DNA of 64,000 nt from Mobula hypostoma (lineage: Eukaryota): the NCBI RefSeq assembly GCF_963921235.1, contig NC_086108.1, forward strand, positions 9,424,001 through 9,488,000, in the 5' to 3' direction. The notes below the pieces were generated by a model. The model was not told the DNA's origin. It did no database searches and was given only the letters and a program-made list of their open reading frames with translations. Of this stretch, positions 22,506 to 34,799 are shown in pieces. The translations under genes were made by a program, and so were the position numbers. Positions within the stretch are counted from its first letter, which is position 1; every line of letters starts with the position of its first letter.

Positions 22506-23164
22506 ATATATATGTCCTTTGATAATAAATTTACTTTGAACTTTGGTACCTGAAGATCCAGACCAGTCAATAGACCTGGGGCAATCAAAGTTCAAAGTAA
22601 AATTTATTATCAGAGTACATACTTGTCACCACATACAACCCTGAGATTCTTTTTTCCTGTGGGCACACTCAGCAAATATAAGGAACAGTAACTGTAAACA
22701 GGATCAATGAACAACAAACTGTGCAAATACAAATATAAATAAAAAGCAATAAATAACAAGAGCATGAAATAACAAGATAAAGAGTCCTTAAAGTGAGCCA
22801 CTTAGTTGTGGGAACTCCAGAAATAGAATGAGTGTAGGTATCCTCTTTTGATGAAGAGCCTGATGGTTGAGGGTTCTTACCAGGTTTGTGTCTTTTAGCT
22901 TCTGGGGAAGATACCAGACCTTGACTTAACAGAACAGCTTCTCCCCACTGTTTTTAGACTTTTGAACCAGTCACCTCTCTCATGTCCCCTTCCACTTTCA
23001 AGGAGTCTATGATTCATGTTCTTAGTAACAATTTATGTTCTTAACAAGTTTTTAAAAGTTTGCAAGATTTATCATCGTTTGCACAGTAGTTGTTTGTCAG
23101 TCTTTGTTTATTTATGGCTTCTCATAAATTCAACTGTATTTCTTTATATTCCTGTAAATTGTAG

Positions 23165-23655
23165 AGGTTGCAGAAGAGATTTATCAGGATGCCGCCTAGT
23201 TTAGAGGGCATGTGCTATCACGAGAGGCTGAATAATCTTTGGTTGTTTTCTCTGGAGCACCAAAGGCTGAGGGGAGATCCGACAGAGGTTTACAAGATTA
23301 TGAGAGGCATAGACAGAGTGGACAGGAAGAATCTGTTTCCCAGGGTTGAAATCTCTAATACCAGAGGGCATGCATTGAAGGTGAGAGGGGTAGGTTCAAG
23401 GGGGATGTGAGGGGTAAATGTTTTACTCAGAGAGTCTTGGATACCTGTAATGCACTGCCTGGTATGGTGGTAGAGGCAAATATATTAGAGGCTTTTAAGA
23501 GACATTTGGATAGCCAAATGAATGTAAGGAAGATGGGGGGGATATGGACGTGGTGTAGGTAGGAGGGATTAGTGTCTGGGTGTTTTTGATTCGTTTTTTT
23601 AGCTGGTTCAGTACAACACTGTGGGCTGAATGGTCTGTTCCTGTGCTGTACTCTT
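23165..23655 (+). mobile_element. CR1 LINE 3' fragment
   Basis: QKRFIRMPP..RLRGDPTEVYKIMRGIDRVD..TRGHALKV. Confidence 0.8.
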
Positions 23656-24059
23656 CTAAATGCCTGCAAGAAAATGAATCTCAGGGTAGCATATAGTGAC
23701 ATACATACTTCGATAACAATATAGAAAATGCTGTTCCCAGTGGTGCTGCCATGTTCTTGGATTCTTAACCCTCCCTCTTTTTACACACTTCTGACGGCAC
23801 TGGGATCGTTGCATTGTTCAGCTGTGTGAGCTTGCTGTTGTAGTTATTACCACGTATATACCGCTCACTCAGCGAGCAGACAATTACCCTGTGGTGTATC
23901 TGACAATGGTTCCATTTATATATGCCAAGATGGTGTCATGTACGGCAGCTGTGTTGTGTACTCTGAATCAGCATTGTAATTTTCTGCTCATCTCTCTACT
24001 TACTTCCACATTTCTCTTACAAGAAGCTGAAAGTCTCATCAGGTGTGATTGATTGACTC

Positions 24060-26590
24060 TTTTGAACATCGGAAAGATGGCGTTCAGTCATAACGTGCCA
24101 CCTCTCTACCACTGGGACCCCCTGCTCGCATGAACCACGGGAGGTTCGTTCACCATACTGGCATTGCTGAGGAAGCGTTGCTGGAGGTGAGGGAGAAGAG
24201 CTGGCGTCTTGGTTAGGTTAAGATGGCGTGCAAGTCGGCCACTGCTCCCTAGCATACTCCTGGACAGTCCCTGGACAACAAGCTGTGTGAGCTGAGAGCC
24301 AGAATATCCTACCAACAGGAAACAAAGCACTGTAATATCTTATGCATTACCGAAACTTGGTTGTCGGAGGAAATACCAGACCAAGCCATCGAACCCATCG
24401 GGTTCTCTGTGTTCCAAGCGGACAGGTCTAAAGATCTCTCTGGGAAAAGTAAAGATGAGGGAGTATATTTCATGGTGAACAATGCTTGGTGCGACCCCAG
24501 TAGCATGCACACCTTCAAATCCTTTTGCTCCCCGGATCTGGAGTACCTCATACTGCTACGTCGACCTTTCTGGATGTCCAGAGAATTCATGTCTGTTATT
24601 ATTACAGTTGTGTACATCCCACCACAGGCCAATACCAACCTGGCTGTCAGTGAACTTTGTGAAACCATCAATATCCATGAAACCACAGCCCCAGAGGCTG
24701 CTTTCATCATCGCTGACCAGCGCTCACCCGAAGTTCTGCCAACACATCGAGGTGAGGATATGGGGAGGAAGCATACCCAACCACTGCTACTCTCCCTTCC
24801 ACAATGCCTGCAAAGCACTTCCCCGCCCTCCATATGGAAAGTCTGATCATTCCTCCATCTTGCTCCTGCCCGCCTACAGGCAGAAATTGAAGCAGGAGGC
24901 AGCCATAGTGAAAACCATCCACTACTGGTCCAACCAATCAGACACAATGTTACAAGATTGTTTTGGTAGTGTCACCTGTGAGGTGTTTCAAGCTGAGAAC
25001 ATCTCTTGAGTACCCGGAGGCGGTCACAACTTCATTTACAAGTGCATTGAAGACTTTGTTCCCCAAAAATCGATCCGGGTCTACCCAAACCAGAAGTCTT
25101 GGGTAAATAGTTCAGTGCGTGTTGCTCTCAGCACAAGGGATAAAGCTTTCGCCTCCGGAGACCAAGAGGAGCTCAAGAGATCCCACTATGATTTATGTAG
25201 AGCCATCAAGGTGGCAAAATGGTAACACGGGGACAAAATCCAGTCACAACTCTGTGACAATGATACATGCAGCATACAGCAAGGACTGCACACCATCCCA
25301 GACTTCAAGAGGAAACGCAGCAGTACAGCCAACATTGCTGCCTCGCTCCCGGTAAAGTTAAACGTTTTTTACGCTGAATTTGAGGTTGATAGGATTGAAC
25401 CCCCGAGGAGAGCCATCGATGAGACCTGCGCCTTGGTCATTTCCGAGGCTGAGGTACGGAGAACCCTCCAACGTGTCAACAGTCGCAAAGCAGCGGGGCC
25501 GGACGGCATCCCAGGGCACGTCCTCAAAGTGTGGGCTGAACAGCTGGCTGGTGTGTTTACAGACATCTTTAATCTCTCCCTCTCCCAGTGTGTAGTACCC
25601 TCCTGTTTCAGATCATCCATCATTGTCCCTGTAGCTAAGAAAACCAAGGTAACATGCCTGAACGATTGGCGTTCTGTCGCACGCATCTCAATAATAATCT
25701 CAATAATAAGCAAATACTTTGAGAGGTTGGCTGAAGATTATAGCCACAGGATTACACACCGTTCTAACTCACCTGGAGAAGAGGGATGTGTATATTAGAA
25801 TGCTGTTCCTGGACTACAGTTCAGCATTCAACACCATAATTCCCTCCAGACTTGACAGGAAGCTCAGAGACCTCGGCCTTCACCCTGCCTTGTGCAGCCA
25901 GATCCTGGAATTCCTATTGGATCACTGATAGGTGGTAAGGATGGGCTCCCTCACCTCTGCCCCTCTGACCCCCAACACAGATATCCCCCAGGGTTGTGTC
26001 CTAAGTCCCCTCCTTTACTCCCTTTACATTCAGGACTGTACTGCGGCACACAGCTCTAATCTGCTGATCAAATTCACCGATGACACAGCTTTGATCGGCC
26101 TTGTTTCCATCGGTAATGAGACAGCCTACAGAGGAGAGGCTGACCCCCTGACACTGTAGTGTCAGGATAGCAACCTCTCCCTCAATGTCCAAAAAACAAA
26201 AGAGCTTATTGTGGACTACAGGAAGAACGGAGAGGCTTGGTCTGATCAACATCAATGGGCCTGGAGCTGAGTGAGTAGTTTCAAGATTCTCAGTATACAC
26301 ATCACCAGTGATCTCACATGGACTGTACACATCGGCTTTGTGGCAAAAAGAGCACTACAGCGTCTTCCACCTCAGGTGACTGAAGAAGTTCAGCATGGGC
26401 CCCCAAATCCTCAGGACCTTCTACTGGGGCACATTGAGAGCATACTGCCTGGTACGGGATCTGCACCAACCTTGATCACTGGGCACTGCAGAGAGTGGTA
26501 CGGACAGCCCAGCGCATCTGTGGATGTGAACTTCCCTCCGTTGAGGTCATTTATAGCAGCAGGTGCAGAAAGAAGGCCTGGAAGACCCAC
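24060..26590 (+). mobile_element. Degenerate near-full-length Rex1/Babar-like LINE (AP endonuclease and RT)
   Basis: Frameshifted pieces ETWL, VYIPPQA, GKSDH (APE); [42 protein letters not shown] (RT). Confidence 0.88.
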
Positions 26591-29424
26591 AAGGCAAGCA
26601 ATAACAAAGCTGCCAAGAGTGACCTTAGTCTGCAGTCCAACAAAAACTATTGAACAATTCGACATGTCACAGGCTCCCTCTCTCCCTATCAACGGTCAGA
26701 GAGGTGTCACCCTTTCATAGTGACAGGGGAGATCAACAAAACAAAACAAAACAACTCACTGATTATGATATTACAGTCTGCTGTGTCACTTTTATTCTGA
26801 GTTTTTCTGACTCAAGAATCAGCAGCAAACTCTACCCCACCATCAAGACAATGTAATCCAATTTAATAATTCAAATATTCATCACTGGTTGGTCAGCGTA
26901 AAGCATATTTTCCACTTTCTTACCTTTGCCTGTTTACCCGTGGAGATTCAGAATGGATCCCGGAATCATGGCTTGCAATTCCACTGTGGACCTGGGGAAC
27001 TCAATATATAAATTGCAGGTTTACCTGAGGCCTTGCTGAGACTGCTCCTGGGGCAGACATGTTTCATGCGCTGACCTATGAATGGGTGGACTTGAGCAAG
27101 GATTCACCACGCTGGTTTCTGCAAGGGTCGGCTTCCTTAGTCAGGCGGTAAAGTAGACTGGGATTCTCTGGAGTCTGGAGGAACGAGATGGTCAGATTCA
27201 AGCTCTCAGAGGGTTCGACAAGGTGGCTGCAGATTTCCAGCATCTGCAGTCTCTGTGGATGCACAGAGGATGTTTCCTTTGCCGGAGGAGTCTGGCCTTG
27301 GCTGAGTCTCTGGTTTGCCTGGGATCAGGAGGATTTGCAGACTCGGGGTGTGGTGAACCTTTGGAAACTTGTAGCCCAGGGTTCAGTCTCAGGCTTGCCT
27401 GGGACCAGGAGAATTTTGAAAATGGAGTATAGTGAATCTTTGGAATTGTGTAGCCCAGGGAGAGGCTTAGTCACCGACTGCCTTCAGCAAAAAGACCAGT
27501 GCATTTCTGGCTAATTAAGTGAGGGACTTGGCGATGGTGAAGGGCATTGGTTAGCTGTGATTGCAGTGAACAGCAGGTTACGTACTGCTTCACACCAATG
27601 TGAAATCCAGTGGAGGGGGTGACTTGTGCATCTTGAACATCAGCCTGATAAAATATCATGTAAATAAATTCCCTGTGGGATGTGGACATCACTAACAAAG
27701 GTTACTGTCCCTCTCCAGTGACCCTTGACACAGTGAGTGGTTGAGTCAGTTATGAGGATGACTGGATGTGGAGTTGCCAAGGATCAGGACAGCAGATGAT
27801 TGTCAGTAAATCACAGGGTTCAAAAGGTTCAATTTAATATCAGAGAATGTACGCAGTATACAACCTGAAATTCTTACTCTTCACGGGCATCCACAAAACA
27901 TAGAATGAATGATAGGAACATTAGAAGCCAAAAGCCCCTCTCCTCCCACGCACAGTAGCAGCACAAGCACGACCCCTCCCCCCCTCCACCATGCAGGCAA
28001 TAGCAAAAGCCCTCCCACAGACACCTTGAGCTAGAGTTTTAGGAGAATCAGAATCCGGTTCAATGTCATTGGCAAACGTTGTGAAACTTGTTGTTTTGGG
28101 CAGCAGTACATAGCAATGCATAACATTAGTCATAATGAAGTAAACAGCTGAGGGATAGTGAGGAGGTGTTCATGGACCAAATGGTGGAGGGGAAGAAACT
28201 TCCTAAAACATTGAGTGTTCAAGATTGTTTAATGCCATTTCCAGTAAACAAGTGTAAAGAAGAATGAAATAATCGGATCCAATATAGTACAACAAAAACA
28301 GAATAAGATAAAGAACACAATAATAATTTAAAAAAACACAATAAATATAAATATATCAGATAGCTTATATACATTGAATGTATGTCCCTAAAATGATGCT
28401 AGACACAGGAGTGTCTATACATAAGGTGACTGACAGGAAGTTATAAAGTTGTGGTGGGGTGGGTTAGTGGGTGGAGGTGTTGATCAGCCTTACTGCTTGG
28501 GGAAAGTACCTGTTCTTGAGTTGGTGATCCTGGTGTGGATGCTATGTAGCCTTCTCCGTGATGGGAGTGGGACAAACAAATATTGCCTTGTCATTCTGCT
28601 GTTGTTGTGGTGAGTGTAGGCACTTCAATGTCTTTCCTGGTATATTCTCATAATTAACCCACTATTTTCCCTTGCTACACACATTCAGAGTCAGACAGTT
28701 CAGTTTAATTTTATTCTTTATTTGTACATAACTGTAAGTGTGTAATTGTGTTCAGCGTCCTGCTGTTTCATGCTGTCATTTCCCAGTAGTTCCACGGTGT
28801 CTGGATTATAGAACATAGAACAGTACAGGACGGGCACAGACCTGTGCTGAACCAGCTAAAATACAAATGAAAAACACCCAAAAACTAATCCCTCCTACCT
28901 ACACCATGCCCACATCCCTCCATCTTCCTCACATCCATGTGCCTATCCAAATCTCTCTTAAAAGCCTCTATTGTATTTGCCTCTACCACCGTATCAGGCA
29001 GCACATTCCAGACATCCACCACTCTCTGAGTAAAAAAACTTACCCCTCACATCCCCTTTGAACCTACCCCCGTCACCCTCACAAACAGAAGTATCTACCT
29101 TAAGTACAGTATACAAACAACATATACACATTTACACTGCATACTGTATTTAAGGTAGATACGTCCATTTATTTTCTAATATAGTTGTAACTACATTGTG
29201 GGGTGCATCATATTCTAATTCATGTGTAGTCTTAAGTTAACTCTGTGGGTAATTAAGGATGGTATGTCCTGGTGTAATAAAAAAGCTGATCGCCCTCCGT
29301 AAGGGAGAGAGTTGGGGGCCGCCGTGAGTTCATACTGGACAAGAATAGGTATGGAACTATTATTGTGTTTCTTGTAGATATCTTTTTGTGAATATTGGCA
29401 TTTTTTACTAGTTTCACTAATTTT

Positions 29425-30944
29425 TGCAAGTTTTTTTTTCAATCTTTTTATTAATATCAAGTTGTTAAATATAACAGTATTAATACAAAGCTATTGGGAT
29501 TACATTGTTAATAATTAACATATAAAAATATAAACTCAGTTGGCACACAGGTATTAAACCTCCCAAAATCGTACAAAATATGAATATAAGGTACAAAAAA
29601 ACCCAGAAATAGCATGAAAAAGGAAAAAAAAACAAAATACCCCAGAAAAAAACTAATCTAAACAATGCTAACCAACTAACCTAAGGAAAAGAAAAAGACA
29701 CGGGCTGTTGTGTAACGCCAAAAAGAACCATTAGTGTCATTGACTTCGCATCTCTCTGCATATATTTAAAGGAAATAGAATAGGTTTGGAAAAGGTCAAA
29801 TTACATCATATGGAAGTGTTGAATAAGTGGCCTCCAAGTCTTTTCGAATTTAATAAAAGGATCATAAATGACACTTCTAATTTTTTCTGAATTTAAACAC
29901 AACATAGTTTGAGAGAACCAATGAAATGTGGTGGGAGGATTGATCTCTTTCCAATTCAGCAAAATGGATCTTCTAGCCATGGATGTGAGAAATGCAATCA
30001 TCCGACGAGCTGAAGAGGTTAAATGATTTGATTCTATCACTGGTGAACCAAAAATTGTGGTAATAGGGTGAGGTTGTAAATCAATACCCAGAACAGTTGA
30101 AATAAAATCAAAGATATCTTTCCAGTATTTTTTCAAAAAAGGACAAGACCAAAACATATGAGTTAAAGAAGCTATCTCAGTGTGACGTCTATCACACTGG
30201 GCAATTAACATTCAATATTTGAAACTTTTGACATGGGACTTGGACATAATTTCAAGTCCACATTGAATGTAAATCTGTACAAGGGTTTTCACTGGGTTCT
30301 ATCATAGGGATTTCATTTCCCTTTGCTCTTTCTAAATCGCATAAACAAATGGATAATCCATTAGTTAAATATACTTTACAAATAAGGTTTCAATTTTGAA
30401 ATTTTTTTGGGTTGAATCAATTTATTCTAGCAAGTCCTATTATTCAATTTTTTTTTCAACCCTTTATTATGGATCAAGCCTATTTGGCTTGGAAAACCAA
30501 AGGTATATTACGATTTTTGTGATCTATTTTTGGATAATTGTTTCATGTCCTTTGAACAATTATCTAATAAATATAATTATATATAAATATAATCCCATTT
30601 CTTTAGATATTTACAGATTAGAAACTTTTTAAATACTGCTTTTCCTATCCTGAATCTATATCCAATAGGTATTTTGGAAAAAATTTTAGATTTAAATCTT
30701 TTTCAGAAAGGTGTAATAGCAACTATTTATAATATAATTATGAAAATACGTCCAGACGTGTCTAATAAAATTAAGAATGATTGGGAAAGGGAACTTAAGT
30801 TTACTTTACCTATTGAAAAATGGGAAAAAATTCTCTATATATGCTAAACATGTGTTGATACAGTTTAAAGTAGTACATATATGTCTAAGGATAAATTAGC
30901 TCGTTATTACTCCCATATAAATCCTTTATGTGCAAGTTTGTTTT
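29425..30944 (-). mobile_element. L1-clade LINE, 5'-truncated with 5' inversion
   Basis: Minus 30196-~29434: CDRRH..HMFWSCP..ARRSILLNWK (L1 C-terminal cysteine region), 3' UTR, AATAAA and A-tail. Plus 30198-30932: upstream ORF2 pieces WAINIQYL, HFFRYLQIRNF, NDWERELK, LIQFKVVH, YYSHINPLC. Flanking direct repeat TGCAAGTTT. Confidence 0.85.
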
Positions 30945-31261
30945 ATGACACACCTAATATACACCCTTGCATTAAAGTGCTAAGTGACTCCAGCTATTTT
31001 TTCTCTGGTAAAATTAAAGGTTAAAACCCACGTCTTTAGCGTTCCTGTACCTCCTCCCTGATGGTAGCAATAACATTTCCCATGTGTGAGGGACCTCAGT
31101 AATGAATGTCGCCTTTTGTCTTTGTTGGTGGAGAGGTTATAGTTTTAGTTTTAGAGAGAGGTATCGTATTTAATGAACTGAATTTAAATTCCCCATTAGT
31201 TGTGGAGAACTAGTTCAGTACTTTGGTTCTAATTCAATAACTTCGCTGTCTTTCCCTCCAG

Positions 31262-31698
31262 GGGCAGTGAGGTTGGCGGGTTCCTCACCAACTTCCCTCC
31301 TCCAACGGGTGCTGCCATCGCCAGGGTTGACGTCGCCCCCTGCAGCTCAGTGGCAGAATAGCCGGTGCATGGCCACCCTCCACCAGATGCACAAGGCAGG
31401 CAAACCCAAGAGGCCCCCTCCCAAGCTGGGCCCCACCTTCGGGCACCCCCAGCTCAAGGGTGTGGTACTCAAAACCATGATCCGCAAGCCCAAGAAGCCC
31501 AATTCGGCCAACCGCAAGTGCGCCCGGGTCCGGCTCAGCAACGGCAAGGAGGTGATCTGCTTCATCCCCGGAGAGGGCCACAACCTCCAGGAGCACAACA
31601 TCGTGCTGGTGGAAGGGGGGAGGACGCAGGACCTGCCCGGCGTCAAGCTCAAGATTGTGCGGGGGAAGTACGATTGTGCCCACGTGCAAAAGAAGTAG
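31262..31698 (+). CDS. MRPS12: MRPS12 main coding exon, mitochondrial ribosomal protein uS12m
   Basis: [91 protein letters not shown] carries the uS12 signature with the mitochondrial-type C-terminus. Acceptor ctgtctttccctccag|GG. Confidence 0.97.
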
Positions 31699-32359
31699 TG
31701 AGACCGTTCCGGGACTCGGTGTGAACTTTAAATGGTGTTTGTATTTATAACGGGAACAGCTGCTTCCTTGGACTTCCTCAAGGTCAAATATATTGTGAGC
31801 TGACTGTACAACCAAATGAAACAACGTTCCTCTGGTCCACAGAGCATCCACAATACATATATCTCACACAGCACATAGAACAAAATATTGCCATAAATAA
31901 TTAATAAAATTAAATTAAAATGCATGTAGTTATTCAGGTACTTACTGACTGCCATTACACCGCTGGCCTTTAGAGCTGCAAGGAAGGCCCTCCACTTCTG
32001 TCCGTATGGAAGGATTCTTGTTGCTGTTTCTGTAACAATTGGATCACTCTTAGCCTGGCCTCTACCCTTTGACCTGTTTGTTATGGGTGACCCTACCAAG
32101 CGTCAAAGCGTAAAGCCCTGACTCCAGCCAACATAGCTCTCTGGGCCATTGTGGTTATGTCAGTGTTGAACCTTGACCTCAGACACTATCTCAAAGACTG
32201 ACATAATCACAGGGGGACAGCTCCAATGACCCTCACCTGGAGTCCTGTTGGCATGGAGTCTGTACTCTCCCTGGGACTGCATGGGTTCTGCAGTTTCCTC
32301 CTACGTCCTGATACTGTGTGTTTAATTGCCACTGTCCGTTACCCTTTAACCCCTGTGAA

Positions 32360-33580
32360 GGGATTTGGGAATGCTCGTGCAGATTTCCTAAAGGTTAACT
32401 TGCAGGTTAAACCAGTGGTGAGGCAGGCAAATGCAATGTTAGCATTCATTTCAAGAGAACTAAAATATAAAAGCAAGACACACAAAATGCTGGGGGAGCT
32501 TGGCAGTCAGGCAGCATCTATGGAAATGAATGAACAGTCAACATTTCGGGCCGAGACTCTTCAGAACTGAGAGGGAAGGGGGGAGGGGAAAGAGGCCGAC
32601 TGGAAGATGATAGGTGAAGCTGGGTGTGTGGGAAAGGTCAAGGGCTCGAAAAGAAAGAATCTGATAGAGAAGAGTGGACCCAGGGAGAAGTTCTAGGCAG
32701 ATGAGAAGGTCAGAGTGAGGAGTAGAGGAAGGGGTGGAAGGAAATTTGTATGCCGGAGGGAGAAATCAATATTCATACCATCTGGTTGGAGGCTACTCAG
32801 ACGGAATACAAGTAAGTTGCTCCTCCACCCTGAGCGTGGGGTCAGCTTCGGACAAGAGGAGGCCGAGGATCAACACGTCGGAAAGGAATGGGAATCGGAA
32901 TTAAAATGTTTGGCCACGGATGTAAAGCTGAGGCTGTATGAGGCACTGGTGAGGCTACACTTGGAGTATTGTGAGCAGTTTTGGGCCTCATATAAGAAAG
33001 GACGTGCTAGCTTTGGAGAGGGTTCATGAGAATGATTCTGGGAATGAAAGGCTTATCATGATCAGCGATTGAAGGTTCTGAACTTGTACTCACTGGAATT
33101 CAGAAGAATGTGGGGAGATTTCATTGAAACCTATCAAATGTGGAAAGGTCTTGAAAGAATGGATATGGAGAGGATGTTTCCCATAGTGGGGGTAGTCTAG
33201 GACCAGAGCACAGCCTCAGAATAAAGGGATGTCCATTTAGAATGAAGATATTAATAAATAATAAATATTATAAATTCGGCCAATATTAATAAATATAATA
33301 GATATTAATATATATTATATAATATGAATATAATAAAGAATTTCTTTAACCAGAGAGTGGTGAATCTATGGAATTCATTGCCACAGACGGCTGTGGAATC
33401 ATGACATTGGGTGCGTTTAAGATAAAGGTTGATAGGTTCTTGATTAGTCAGGGTATGAAAGGTTACGGGGAAAAGGCAGGAGATGGGCTGAGAGGGAAAT
33501 GAGTTAGCCAAGTTGAAATGGTGGAGTAGACTCGATGGGCCAAATGGCCTAATAATGCTCCTAGGTCTTGTGGTTCTTGG
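32360..33580 (+). mobile_element. CR1 3' fragment with a nested antisense Penelope-like fragment (~32478-32917)
   Basis: The CR1 sequence tataaaagcaa|ggatgtaaagctgagg is split by the PLE tail (acacacaaaatgctgg...tttggccac). Confidence 0.78.
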
Positions 33581-33669
33581 CAAGTTTCAGGGGTCATCTG
33601 GGATATAGTAGAATTGTGAGAAGGGTGGAAGGAGTTGTCGGTAATGGGAAGAATAAGATGGGATTAGTG

Positions 33670-33750
33670 CAGCAGTTCCCAACCTCTTTGTACGCTATGG
33701 ACCCCCACCGTTAAGCAAGGGGTCCGAGGACCCGAGGTTGGGAAGCCCTG
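33670..33750. mobile_element. 81-bp hAT-type MITE
   Basis: Imperfect TIRs CAGCAGTTCCCAACCTC / GAGGTTGGGAAGCCCTG; 8-bp TSD GATTAGTG (33662-33669) / GATTGGTG (33751-33758). Confidence 0.7.
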
Positions 33751-34799
33751 GATTGGTGTAAATGTGATCGTTACTGTGGGTACAGAAGGTGTCCCAGCCA
33801 GACATGGAGACTAACACCAGCCCTGTTGCTGTGTGTCAGGGACAAAGACATTTCTCTGAATCAAATTGTAACAGTTGCTGAAATAAGCATTTTATTTGTT
33901 CATTTAGAGACACTGCGGAATAAGCCCTTCCAGCTCTTCGAGCTGCACCACCAGCAATCCACCAATTTAGCCTAAACGCAGGACAATTTGAGCTGTCCTA
34001 CGATCTTCACAATCCATTTGCAAACGTTTCATCACCATACCAAGAGACATCATCATTGCACTGATGTCTCCTCGTATGTTGACAAAACGTTTGCAAGTAA
34101 ACTGCCAAGATCAGAGCACAACTCAACCCAACCATCAATCAGCTGAGCAACATGTCTTCCGAGTAATTTCCAACAGGACAATTTAAAATGACCAATTAAA
34201 ACTACCAACTGGTACGTCTTTGGCTGAGGGAGGAAAACCCATGTTGTCACAGGGAAAACGTATAAACTCCTAATAGGCAGTGGCGGGAATTTGACCTGGG
34301 TCACTGATATTGTAAATCATTGTGCTAACCACTACACTACAGGCTTATTCCTGTGTATTCAGTTAACAGAGTTTAAGTGCCTGAGTTGTCATGGAGTGAT
34401 TGGACTTGTGTTGGGATCACCAGTGCTAGTGCTGTAATCTGCAGTAGTCACGGTGCACTCACTTGAGTGGAGTATGATGTTTTCCTGAGGGGTTGTCTAT
34501 TGCTGGGTCCTCAGGTGATCTGAGATCCACATTTTCTGAGGGGCTTCCAGACCTCACAATCCTTGCCTTGAGCAATCACCATAGAAGTTCTATTCTTTGC
34601 CACTTGCTGATCGCCACAGGACTTGATCCAGGATACTAGGATGGATTCCCTTAATGGAGGACGCCTGTGCATGACTTTGTTTAACGTGGGGAGGCTGATG
34701 GAAAGGTTAAAAGTTTGAGAGAGCCATGGTTTTCAAGGGATATAGGAAGTATATATACATACATACATATATATATATAAAGGATATAGGATATAGACT

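Noticed and set aside
26924..26991. Exon-like 68-nt segment on the minus strand with a strong AAG|gtaaga donor
   Set aside because: Weak acceptor, no partner exons and no recognisable peptide.
31267..31698. Bacterial or organellar rpsL, horizontal transfer, or a processed pseudogene
   Set aside because: It has a spliceosomal acceptor, a phase-matched upstream exon, a presequence and the metazoan mitochondrial C-terminus.
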